From positions 1,649 through 65,648 of the forward strand of contig JAPLJF010000012.1 in the NCBI GenBank assembly GCA_026388715.1: a stretch of DNA of 64,000 nt. Reading direction: 5' to 3'. The stretch is from Deltaproteobacteria bacterium. GTDB taxonomy: Bacteria > Desulfobacterota > Desulfobulbia > Desulfobulbales > Desulfocapsaceae. The translations under genes and the position numbers were made by a program. This document shows positions 1 through 8,416 of this stretch, piece after piece. Below the pieces are notes generated by a model that was not told where the DNA came from, did no database searches, and worked only from the letters and a program-made list of their open reading frames with translations. How positions within the stretch are numbered: the stretch's first letter is position 1; every line of letters begins with the position of its first letter.

Positions 1-368
1 GGAGGGTAGGCAGAGTTTGCCGCAACCAACTGACAGGAGGTGTGGTTTTGCACGAATCTTTTCACCGTCAGCTCGCCATTAACGATAGCGATGACAATTT
101 TCCCGCTCGCCGCTTCCAGGGATCGGTCAACAACCAGGATATCTCCATGATTTATCCCTGCATCCATCATGGAATCACCCGCAACCCTCACAAAAAAAGT
201 GGCAACCGGATTTTGGATCAGCAGCTCATTCAAATCGAGCTTTCGATCTACATGGTCGTCGGCAGGTGAAGGAAAACCGGCAGAAACACCGCAGGTAAAG
301 AGAGGGCATATAACCTTGGTCTTTTGTTCAACTTCAAAAATCGCGTCTATCGAGGAATCTATTTTCAT
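1..368 (-). CDS. umuD: UmuD-like S24 peptidase (LexA/UmuD family), N-terminal part; the 3' end runs off the window
   Basis: I translated the minus strand from the ATG at 368: MKIDSSIDAIFEVEQKTKVICPLFTCGVSAGFPSPADDHVDRKLDLNELLIQNPVATFFVRVAGDSMMDAGINHGDILVVDRSLEAASGKIVIAIVNGELTVKRF... It has a Cys-Gly cleavage-site-like dipeptide and the GDSM catalytic-serine motif. It is absent from the ORF track because there is no stop codon inside the window. Confidence 0.8.
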   Translation of the reverse strand, partial: MKIDSSIDAIFEVEQKTKVICPLFTCGVSAGFPSPADDHVDRKLDLNELLIQNPVATFFVRVAGDSMMDAGINHGDILVVDRSLEAASGKIVIAIVNGELTVKRFVQNHTSCQLVAANSAYP

Positions 369-455
369 ACTGGTAAGAATATCACAGATACCGGAAAAGA
401 TACTATGAGAGAATATTTCATCACCACTTAATTGTGGGGCCAAACAGTTAGGTCG

Positions 456-1052
456 TTATGACTCAACCCCTTTTTCTATCTCAACACAAGGGAGACAGAG
501 AAGACGATCATCAACCATCAAAGCCATAGGCTCCATCACCTTCTCACCGCACCGGGCACAACGAATACTGGGATAGACACGGGCCTGCTCCGGCAGTTGT
601 TCCTTGACCCTGCGGATCTCAAAAAGCTCAGCCATGTCAGCCTGGAGAATCGCCTGGATCTTTCTGCCCTTATGCGCCTTGATCGCCCGCATGACCTCGG
701 TTGACCGATCTCCCTGGGAAAAACGCTGCCAGCAGGAGGTCATCTCCTGATCTTCGGGCGGGGCAATCCACTTGACACTGATGCGTACCCCCTCACCATG
801 CGGACGTTTGAGAAAAGTATAGACCTGCTTTCCATAATCCCTGACCACCAGGTTTCCTTTGCCGAAGGTACACCCGCTCACCACCTGAATGGCATCAACG
901 GCGCAGGAACGATTTTCGACCACCGCCACCAGTTCTTCATCCCGGGAACGATCGCCCAAGGCTTCGAGGGCCGCTTGCGCCACCCGAAAGCCAAAGGCCA
1001 GACCTGGACAGACGTGGCCATGAAATTGCACAACCTCTTCAAAGTTTTTCAT
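456..1052 (-). CDS. FmdE-family protein with a C-terminal zinc ribbon
   Basis: 198-aa ORF. The N-terminus has FHGHVCPGLAFGFR, typical of the FmdE domain. The C-terminus has CARCGEKV...CLPC (a CxxC...CxxC ribbon). Confidence 0.8.
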   Translation of the reverse strand: MKNFEEVVQFHGHVCPGLAFGFRVAQAALEALGDRSRDEELVAVVENRSCAVDAIQVVSGCTFGKGNLVVRDYGKQVYTFLKRPHGEGVRISVKWIAPPEDQEMTSCWQRFSQGDRSTEVMRAIKAHKGRKIQAILQADMAELFEIRRVKEQLPEQARVYPSIRCARCGEKVMEPMALMVDDRLLCLPCVEIEKGVES

Positions 1053-1298
1053 CTTCTTATCCGTATTGATGTTGGAAAACGGTCCTCCAAGCTTAACAGA
1101 GTAGCTTGAAAAAACATGCGGCGTTCAGTTCACAATTAAACAAGCCGGACAGGTCAGGAACCTCAGACCTCTCAGGCAGTCAAGAGAAGAGGGCTTCAGG
1201 ATAGCTATAGAGATTGTCTTCATGTCTTCTTCTCAATGATATTTTTCATCACGACCAGAATCAGAACATCTGAATGGCCAATACACGCACAGTTTACC

Positions 1299-3002
1299 TC
1301 ATGACGTCATACTTCGGCCGCTATAGAGATAGCGTTTAATCTTATGAGTTGCGGTCTTGATAAAAGGTTCCCGATGCTCAAGCACCCTGGTCAATCGTGC
1401 TGCCGGAGAAAGCTGCTCATTAAGCCCCTTGCGCATCTCCGCCAGCAGGCCGGCAATATAGTCGTGCCGCTGAAGCCGCGACTTGCCTGCTGTTGCCGCA
1501 TCAATATATTCATAATCAGGATAGACCCAGGCATCCAGGCGACCATTATTTTCAACCACCAGAGACTCCACAACCCAGGGATTGACATTGATCTTGTGTT
1601 CAATGGCCTCGGGATAGACATTTTCACCATTGGACATGACAATGACATTCTTGGATCGGCCACGGATATGCAGATTGCCCAAATCATCTATAAACCCCAG
1701 ATCCCCGGTGGCCAGCCAGCCATCGACGGTAAGGGCTTCAGCGGTAGCCTCCGGATCATTATAGTACCCCTGCATCACATTGGGCCCACAACCATAAATT
1801 TCACCGATACCCGTCCGGGGATCGGGACCTACAATTTTTATCCTGACCCCGGGAACTGGTTTTCCAGTGGAGCCCACAACAATGGTTTTGTCGCCTGGAG
1901 GTCCACCTGCCAGCAGAGGCGCGCATTCAGTCAGGCCGTAGCCGATGAGATACGGAAAATCCGCATCATACAAAAACTGCTCAACCTCCGGGTTAAGGGC
2001 CGCCCCGCCTATCCCCATCAGTTGCAGGTTCCCGCCAAAAAAATCCAGGAGCCTTGCCCCGATACGTTTATGGATAAATTTTCTGCCCAACCCAATCTTA
2101 CAAATCAAGGACAAGACAAAACTCTTGCGGATCTGGGGGAGCACCCGTTTTTTATAAATTTTTTCCAGCACAAGGGGCACCACAAACATGGCATAGGGTT
2201 TTTCCTGACTACAGAGTTTCTGCAGGATAGCCGGCGTCGGTGCCTTGCCGGCATAGGCAATTCTGGCGCCTCGCAGCAAGGGAAGAATAAAACCTACTGT
2301 AAATTCATAGGTATGGGACAGGGGCAGGATGGAAAGAAAAACAGCGCCTGGTTCGATATCAATCATGGCAGAAGCGGACCTGGCATTGGCGGCCAGATTC
2401 TTATGACTGAGCATGACCGCCTTGGAATGCCCGGAGGTTCCTGATGTATATAAGATAGACGCCAGGTCATCTTCATGGACCTTGGCAAAGACAAGATCAT
2501 CCTCTGCTTCTGTTTTTTCCCGCATATCCATGGCACCGGCCAGATAGCCTGAAAAGGTCGCCACAGCAAGGAGATCGAGGGTGGCCGCAGAGTCATCAAG
2601 CATAACAATCCGTTTCAAGCTCTTGTGATTCAGCTCATATATCTTTTCTATCTGCCGCTCAGTGGTAAAGAGGAGCGGCACCCGCATTTCATTGAGAATA
2701 TGATGGACATCCGCCTCCGGCAGATCAGGCAGGATGGGAACAGCCACGGCCCCCAAGCGGACAATGGCAAAATAGGCAATGCCCCAGTTAGGGGAATTTT
2801 CTGCCAGAATGGCAATATGATCATCTTTTTTGATCCCTTCCCTTGACAAGCGTCCAGCAAGCGCAATGATCCGCTCATAAAAAATCTGATAAGTTATTGG
2901 GGTTTCAAGGGCCATTCCCACTGCCGGGAGATCAGAAAATTTCTTCTGACTGGCGTCAATAATATCATTCAAGGTCATGAACATACTGGTATCATCTGAC
3001 AT
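1299..3002 (-). CDS. AMP-dependent synthetase/ligase (long-chain acyl-CoA ligase-like)
   Basis: 567-aa ORF with the AMP-binding motif YTSGTSGHSKAVMLSHKNL, plus GYGLTE and later GDLG...RSKN motifs. Confidence 0.85.
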   Translation of the reverse strand: MSDDTSMFMTLNDIIDASQKKFSDLPAVGMALETPITYQIFYERIIALAGRLSREGIKKDDHIAILAENSPNWGIAYFAIVRLGAVAVPILPDLPEADVHHILNEMRVPLLFTTERQIEKIYELNHKSLKRIVMLDDSAATLDLLAVATFSGYLAGAMDMREKTEAEDDLVFAKVHEDDLASILYTSGTSGHSKAVMLSHKNLAANARSASAMIDIEPGAVFLSILPLSHTYEFTVGFILPLLRGARIAYAGKAPTPAILQKLCSQEKPYAMFVVPLVLEKIYKKRVLPQIRKSFVLSLICKIGLGRKFIHKRIGARLLDFFGGNLQLMGIGGAALNPEVEQFLYDADFPYLIGYGLTECAPLLAGGPPGDKTIVVGSTGKPVPGVRIKIVGPDPRTGIGEIYGCGPNVMQGYYNDPEATAEALTVDGWLATGDLGFIDDLGNLHIRGRSKNVIVMSNGENVYPEAIEHKINVNPWVVESLVVENNGRLDAWVYPDYEYIDAATAGKSRLQRHDYIAGLLAEMRKGLNEQLSPAARLTRVLEHREPFIKTATHKIKRYLYSGRSMTS

Positions 3003-3126
3003 GAAGCGCCTCTTTCATAGTATGTTTATGTTATATTGACAATTATGAACAGGCTGGCAAAATACTGAAACTATCAGTTTTTTTTACTGTAAGCCATTAT
3101 AAATAAATAACATGGACATTTAAATG

Positions 3127-3153
3127 ACGAAAATGGCATAAGGAACCATAACG
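3127..3153 (+). repeat. Copy 1 of a ~29-nt leader-like motif (GACGAAAATGGCATAAGGAACCATAACG)
   Basis: By eye it aligns (about 27/34) with the reverse complements of 33284-33312 and 48243-48270. It contains a small hairpin, ATGGC-ataagga-ACCAT. Confidence 0.5.
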
Positions 3154-3387
3154 AAAGAGTCGTAAAGAGAGATCTCGTAACGGCCCCTAACCCGTTCGAG
3201 CTTACCTAAAACAATTTTTTTGGGCAATCAAGAAGTTCCAGACACTGGTGCCAGTAATGATATCTACTGTTCCTTTGGGGAAAAATCATTTAATTTCTTG
3301 ACAAGAAACAGCGTATTATATAGAAATAATTAGGGGTTATAATTTTTCACAACTCTTTTTATCCATCGGAACACAACCGCCAATATA

Positions 3388-4506
3388 ATGAAATACTCTC
3401 TTGCCCCTTTCCTGCTGGCCAACCTGCTGTGCTGCTGGTTTTTTATCGGACTATCAGCCATCCCGGCGAAGGCTGTTCCTGTGTTGCAGGATCGGGCCAA
3501 ACGACCGGTGGTTTCCAGCCAGAAACAGAGCGCAATCAAAAAAAACATCCTCCAGGAAATAAAGGTTCTCGGGAGTTACCAGAACATCTCGCCGTATAAA
3601 AAAAGTATCGAAACAGCCAGACCCGAACTTGCTCTTGTAGAACAGACAGTTCCCGACGCCAAGCCCGACATCGACACGGAGCAGAACCACCCCCAAGGCT
3701 CTAACAATCTCCAAAAGAAGATCTCAGCAAAAAGTGCCATCATCATGAATGCGGCCAATGGTCAAACCCTTTTTGCGGTTTCTCCTGACACCCCCCGCCA
3801 GCCAGCCAGCACCATAAAGATCCTGACCGGCTTGATTGCCATCAAGTCCCTTAATTTCAGCGAAGCTGTTGCCATAAGCTCCAAAGCTGCCGGGCAACCA
3901 AGTTCCAAAATCTATCTTAAAAAAGAGAAGCAATATAAAGCCGATGACCTGATCAATGCTGTTCTGCTTTCTTCTGCCAATGATGCCAGCGTCGCCCTTG
4001 CCGAAAAGATTGCTGGATCCGAGCAATCCTTTGCCCGGATGATGACCCTGCGTGCCAAACTCTGTGGCGCCCAGAATACAGTCTGCAAGACCGCCAACGG
4101 CCTGACTGCTGAAGGACAAAGCACCACGGCCCGAGACCTGGCCACCATTTTCAAACACGCCATGCAGGATGAACAATTTTCCCAGAGGATGAAACAGGTC
4201 AAGACCCATACCGCCGAGGGGAAACTGCTGAAAAATCACAACAAGGCCCTCTGGCAGATAGAAGGGGCGGAAGGCGGCAAGACCGGTTTTACCAATGCGG
4301 CCGGCCAGACCTATGTGGGAAAATTCAAAAGAGGATCCAAGGAGATCATCGTCGCAATCATGGGCAGCAGAACCATGTGGGCAGATCTCAAGACCTTGGT
4401 GGAATATGGCTTCTCGCAACAGGGATCAATGGTCGCCAAGGCCACAAAGGATAAGGAAGAACCAAGGATTGTTGCCGGTATCCGCGTGGCCAACCGACGA
4501 CAGTAA
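3388..4506 (+). CDS. D-alanyl-D-alanine carboxypeptidase (peptidase S11 / low-MW PBP) with signal peptide and a long N-terminal linker
   Basis: 372-aa ORF with a hydrophobic N-terminus. It carries SxxK (ASTIKIL), SxN (SSAND) and KTG (GKTGFT) motifs in the canonical order. Confidence 0.85.
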   Translation: MKYSLAPFLLANLLCCWFFIGLSAIPAKAVPVLQDRAKRPVVSSQKQSAIKKNILQEIKVLGSYQNISPYKKSIETARPELALVEQTVPDAKPDIDTEQNHPQGSNNLQKKISAKSAIIMNAANGQTLFAVSPDTPRQPASTIKILTGLIAIKSLNFSEAVAISSKAAGQPSSKIYLKKEKQYKADDLINAVLLSSANDASVALAEKIAGSEQSFARMMTLRAKLCGAQNTVCKTANGLTAEGQSTTARDLATIFKHAMQDEQFSQRMKQVKTHTAEGKLLKNHNKALWQIEGAEGGKTGFTNAAGQTYVGKFKRGSKEIIVAIMGSRTMWADLKTLVEYGFSQQGSMVAKATKDKEEPRIVAGIRVANRRQ

Positions 4507-4520
4507 AATCAGAACCACCC

Positions 4521-4964
4521 TTACGCGCGTTTCGCCTTCCGCCACCCAGCTGCCTTCAACCGGGCAATCCGTTCAACGGCCCATGCATTAATGGCAGTCA
4601 GGTACTCTCGTGGATTTTTCTCCTTCATGGAGATAATTTTCTTCCTCTCATCGGCAATATCCCTGGTCTCACCCGGATACATCTCTCGCCAGGTGACATA
4701 CCCCTCATCAAAGACAAACTCAGGCTGTACCTGAGCTGCTTCCATGCCTAATTTGGCAATGGCATACATCCGGGCCAGATCCATATCATATTCAATGACC
4801 CATCCGTTATCTTCAACCATCCGCCCTTCCTCAAGGGCAACCGTCCCTGAACAGGACGGGCAGAACAGACGGTCAATAACCTCCTGACTCATAATATTAT
4901 CACGTAGATGAAAGGAGACTTTTTCCTTTCCACAACTGCAATTTCTGTTTACTTCCTGGCACAT
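4521..4964 (-). CDS. Hypothetical Cys-rich protein (possible zinc-ribbon N-terminus)
   Basis: 147-aa ORF, convergent with the carboxypeptidase gene. Cys pattern is CQEVNRNCSC...CPSC. I recognise no family. Confidence 0.5.
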   Translation of the reverse strand: MCQEVNRNCSCGKEKVSFHLRDNIMSQEVIDRLFCPSCSGTVALEEGRMVEDNGWVIEYDMDLARMYAIAKLGMEAAQVQPEFVFDEGYVTWREMYPGETRDIADERKKIISMKEKNPREYLTAINAWAVERIARLKAAGWRKAKRA

Positions 4965-5037
4965 GATTCCACCTCCATCATCTGGGAATTTTACAAGTTA
5001 TCACTGCTGTCTCATAATCGGTCATGGATCCTCTTGC

Positions 5038-7770
5038 TCAACCTTTTTCCTTCAGGGCCATGGCTACTTGGATGAGGAGCGTATTTCTGCTAATGGGCTT
5101 TTGCAGAGCGGCAAACACCCCAGCCATCTTAACCTGATCACCATTGAGGTTTGAGCTGTAGCCAGAGCAGGTGATGATCGGCAGGTCTGGCCGAACCCCC
5201 AACACCTTGGCCACCAATTGGTCACCGGTCATTCCCGGCATGGTCTGATCGGTAAAGAGGAGCTCCCAATCATCCGGCCTTGAGGAAAAGGCCTGCCAGG
5301 CCTCCAGACCATTGCTGAATCCATCAACCCGATAACCGGCCTGGATTAAAACTCGACTTGTCAAGTCGCGGATTGTCAACTCATCATCCACCACCATAAT
5401 CCGCTCATGGGCCCTGGCCATAAGCGGAGCTACTTCTGTGACCTCCGTTATTGTTGCTTCATCTGCGACAATGGGTAGATAGACATTGAAGGTGGTGCCA
5501 TGTCCTGGTTCACTCTCCACGGCGATTCTGCCATTATAACTTTTAACAATGCCATGGACCACAGCCAGACCCAAGCCGGTGCCCTTGCCCACCTCCTTGG
5601 TAGTAAAATAGGGCTCAAAGATTCTGTCCATGGTCGCTTTCTCCATGCCGCAGCCAGTATCACTGACCGACAGCATCACGTAGCGGCCAGGGACTAACTC
5701 GGCATCACCATCAATCGTTATCTCTTTCAGGGTGACCGCCAACACTCCACCACTCTCCATCATGGCCTGATAGGCGTTGGTGCAGAGATTCATGATCAAC
5801 TGGTGAACCTGGGTCGGATCAGCCAGAACCACAGCCGGGGAAATGATCTCCTGCCGAATCTCAATAGTCGAGGGAATGGAGGCACGCAACAGTTGCAAGG
5901 CCTCTTTGACAATTAAGGCTATCTGCAAGGATTGTCTTTCCTGTGGGTTCTTGCGGCTGAAGGTCAGGATTTGGCGGACCAAGGCCGTGGCCCGATCCGC
6001 CGACATGCGGACCTGCTGCAAATCATCCCGCCGCCCTTTATCGTCTTCTTTCTTCCGCAACATGGCCAGTTCAGTAAAGCCAATGATGGCACTGAGGATA
6101 TTATTGAAATCGTGGGCAATACCGCCAGCGAGGGTGCCGATGGACTCCATCTTCTGGGCCTGCTGCAGTCGGCTTTCAGATCGTTTCTGGTCAGTAATGT
6201 CCTTGGCAATGTGGACAAGACCTGTTGCATGTCCTTCATCATCAAGTATTGGTGCAACTGAAACAGCGAAGGTTTTGTCCAGATTTTCGTGATAGATCTC
6301 GGCGGAATGGCTCTTTAAATCTTGAATAGCTTTTATTTCGGGACACTCCTCGCAAGGGGTCGAAACATTCCGGAAGACTTCATAGCAAAATTTACCGATT
6401 ATGTTCTCTTTGCTTGTATTCAATGTCTGGCAGGTTGCCTGATTGACCCGAACAATGCGCATCTGGAGATCCTGGATGGTCACTGATTCACCAATAGAAT
6501 CGAAAGTCTTCTCCCATTCGGCCTTAGCCCTTAAGGCATCTTGTTCCGCCTGCCTCCGGAGAGTAATGTCTGTCGCGATCTCCATCCGGACAAACCGGCC
6601 ATCAGGCCATCGTATGGCCTGATCTCGGCAGTCATACCATTGCTTTGTCACCGTATTCTGGAATTCCCAGACATAAACACCTGTGGGGTTTCCCTCGGCA
6701 TTCACCAACTTATCATTCGTACAGAACGTACAGGGACCAGTCTGATTTGTCTGCAATGCCTGCCAGCACCTTTTCCCAATCACATCCCCCCAGTTTTTTC
6801 TACCATATTCATTCAAGAATAAGAGTTCATAAGTCTCCATGTCCGCAACATAAACAAGGGCGTCAAGACTGTCCATTATCATTCGGAAGTACTCTTTGCT
6901 CTTCTGTAGGGCCGCCTCGCTTTGCTCCAGGGCGCTGATTGCCCTTTGCAATTTTTGAAAAGGTTCTTGGATGCTGACGACAAATATTGCTTGGTAGATA
7001 AAGAAATAGGCCAGGATCTTATAAATATGACCAACCAGATTGAAAATATCGGTGACCTCGGAATAGACGGTAAAGATCAGTTCGCTAAAGATGGTAATGA
7101 CAACAGCGGCAAACAGACTTGCCGCGTCATAAGGCGGAGAAGAGTATCGCGCCTTAAAATACAACAAAATGGCAGAACCAAGCATAATGGCAATGAGCAT
7201 ATACTCTGCCCCAATCTTGAAGCACGTCAGCCCTTGCCCATCAATGAAGGTGCGGGGCCAGACATCCTGGTGGTATAACCCCAGCCAGTAAATGAATGCT
7301 GTAAGGATAAGGCTGCCAGTCAATAACGAGTAGCGCGTCCGGGGGCTGGAGAAGGGTCGCCAGGGCAGGAGGGCAAAAGCAAGCATGGCCAGAGCGAAAA
7401 CCAGACGTGCCGTCAACCAGAAGTTCAGTCCTTTTTCACGACTGGCAGGGGTGATAAAATCCGGCATATCCTTGAAGGACAAGAGGTGGGCGAAATCTAG
7501 AAGTCCCACCACCAGAAAGGCACAACCGAGCACGACGATAGGAGCGGGGCGGTCTTCAGTGGATGCGTAAGCGACAGCAAAGACCATCATGGAAATAATG
7601 ATGGAAAAGGTCTCACCAAAAATATGCATCGGCAGGGTCATGATGGTTCTTCCCAGCATGACCGGCAAAACCGGCATCTGCCACAACACGACAAACAAGC
7701 CGGTTAAGCCGAAAAATAACCAGCCGAAGCGCCGTAAAGGATTATCCGTTGCCGGAAAAAATGAGAACAA
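5038..7770 (-). CDS. Hybrid sensor histidine kinase: polytopic membrane sensor, 2 PAS, HisKA, HATPase_c, receiver
   Basis: 910-aa ORF. About 270 aa of hydrophobic N-terminus, then two PAS-like segments. H-box is IAHDFNNILSAI; ATPase G-boxes are DTGCGM and GTGLGLA. The C-terminal REC has DDE...D...MPGMTG...K. Confidence 0.9.
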   Translation of the reverse strand: MFSFFPATDNPLRRFGWLFFGLTGLFVVLWQMPVLPVMLGRTIMTLPMHIFGETFSIIISMMVFAVAYASTEDRPAPIVVLGCAFLVVGLLDFAHLLSFKDMPDFITPASREKGLNFWLTARLVFALAMLAFALLPWRPFSSPRTRYSLLTGSLILTAFIYWLGLYHQDVWPRTFIDGQGLTCFKIGAEYMLIAIMLGSAILLYFKARYSSPPYDAASLFAAVVITIFSELIFTVYSEVTDIFNLVGHIYKILAYFFIYQAIFVVSIQEPFQKLQRAISALEQSEAALQKSKEYFRMIMDSLDALVYVADMETYELLFLNEYGRKNWGDVIGKRCWQALQTNQTGPCTFCTNDKLVNAEGNPTGVYVWEFQNTVTKQWYDCRDQAIRWPDGRFVRMEIATDITLRRQAEQDALRAKAEWEKTFDSIGESVTIQDLQMRIVRVNQATCQTLNTSKENIIGKFCYEVFRNVSTPCEECPEIKAIQDLKSHSAEIYHENLDKTFAVSVAPILDDEGHATGLVHIAKDITDQKRSESRLQQAQKMESIGTLAGGIAHDFNNILSAIIGFTELAMLRKKEDDKGRRDDLQQVRMSADRATALVRQILTFSRKNPQERQSLQIALIVKEALQLLRASIPSTIEIRQEIISPAVVLADPTQVHQLIMNLCTNAYQAMMESGGVLAVTLKEITIDGDAELVPGRYVMLSVSDTGCGMEKATMDRIFEPYFTTKEVGKGTGLGLAVVHGIVKSYNGRIAVESEPGHGTTFNVYLPIVADEATITEVTEVAPLMARAHERIMVVDDELTIRDLTSRVLIQAGYRVDGFSNGLEAWQAFSSRPDDWELLFTDQTMPGMTGDQLVAKVLGVRPDLPIITCSGYSSNLNGDQVKMAGVFAALQKPISRNTLLIQVAMALKEKG

Positions 7771-7871
7771 AGCAAGTGCTCCTGATTAAGGCGGAGGGGA
7801 GATGAAATTTATCGGAGGGTGAACCACCTTGATTATTTATCTAAGAAAACAAGAACAATGTCAATTTTTAA

Positions 7872-7917
7872 AGTGATGTAGGTTGAGGCTCTGGCAAGGG
7901 CCTCAACCTACATCACT
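7872..7917 (-). terminator. Strong stem-loop (18-bp perfect stem, 10-nt loop); likely terminator of a former minus-strand gene
   Basis: AGTGATGTAGGTTGAGGC-tctggcaagg-GCCTCAACCTACATCACT. On the minus strand it is followed by TTTAAAAATT. Confidence 0.55.
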
Positions 7918-7958
7918 GAATCACCGGTTCAGATTTTAAGGTCCTTTATAACTCTTGA

Positions 7959-8219
7959 CTATTCCATCGTTCCACACTCTAATAAAATGAAGCCCTCATG
8001 ATCAGGGCGTTCCCAAACGTTGACCGGCCGCAAGAGAGTCCGCTGACCACGCAAATTGAATTCTGACGTGAAGTACACAACAGATAGGGGCTGGGCCAGC
8101 ACGTCATGGTCAAGACCTTCATTGTCCCCGCCAATATGCCCAACTCCCAAATGTTTGAAATGGCGATGCGCAACTTCTGCAAATGGGCGCACATGGTCCT
8201 TTGGCACCACGTCATCCAT
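7959..8219 (-). pseudogene. Possible gene remnant(s) of unknown family
   Basis: 86-aa protein-like ORF (..HFKHLGVGHIGGDNEGLDHDVL..WERPDHEGFILLE). A stop lies 6 codons upstream of its Met. A second protein-like fragment in another frame (..GNGLFSVYAFRGNEGKFVAEYTIGYHWPWQ*, ending at 8278) sits just upstream. Together they look like a disrupted gene. Confidence 0.3.
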
Positions 8220-8416
8220 GGCTACGCGATGCCGCGGCTACGTGGACGAACAACGAACGAACAGCCGGAGACCTGATTTACTGCCACGGCCAGTGGTACC
8301 CGATGGTGTACTCGGCCACAAACTTGCCCTCATTGCCACGGAATGCATATACCGAAAACAGGCCATTACCCTCCCCACCATCAAGTTGAGATGGAATCTG
8401 ACAAAGTAGAAAAACC

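Noticed and set aside
369-455. LexA/SOS box upstream of umuD
   Set aside because: The only candidate, CTGTGATATTCTTACCAG, is a poor match to CTGT-N8-ACAG and does not fit the deltaproteobacterial LexA motifs I recall. I cannot support a call.
8056-8409. Plus-strand 117-aa ORF upstream of the PAS kinase
   Set aside because: The sequence is Ser/Thr/Arg/Trp-rich and not protein-like. The opposite strand carries more protein-like, though broken, fragments.
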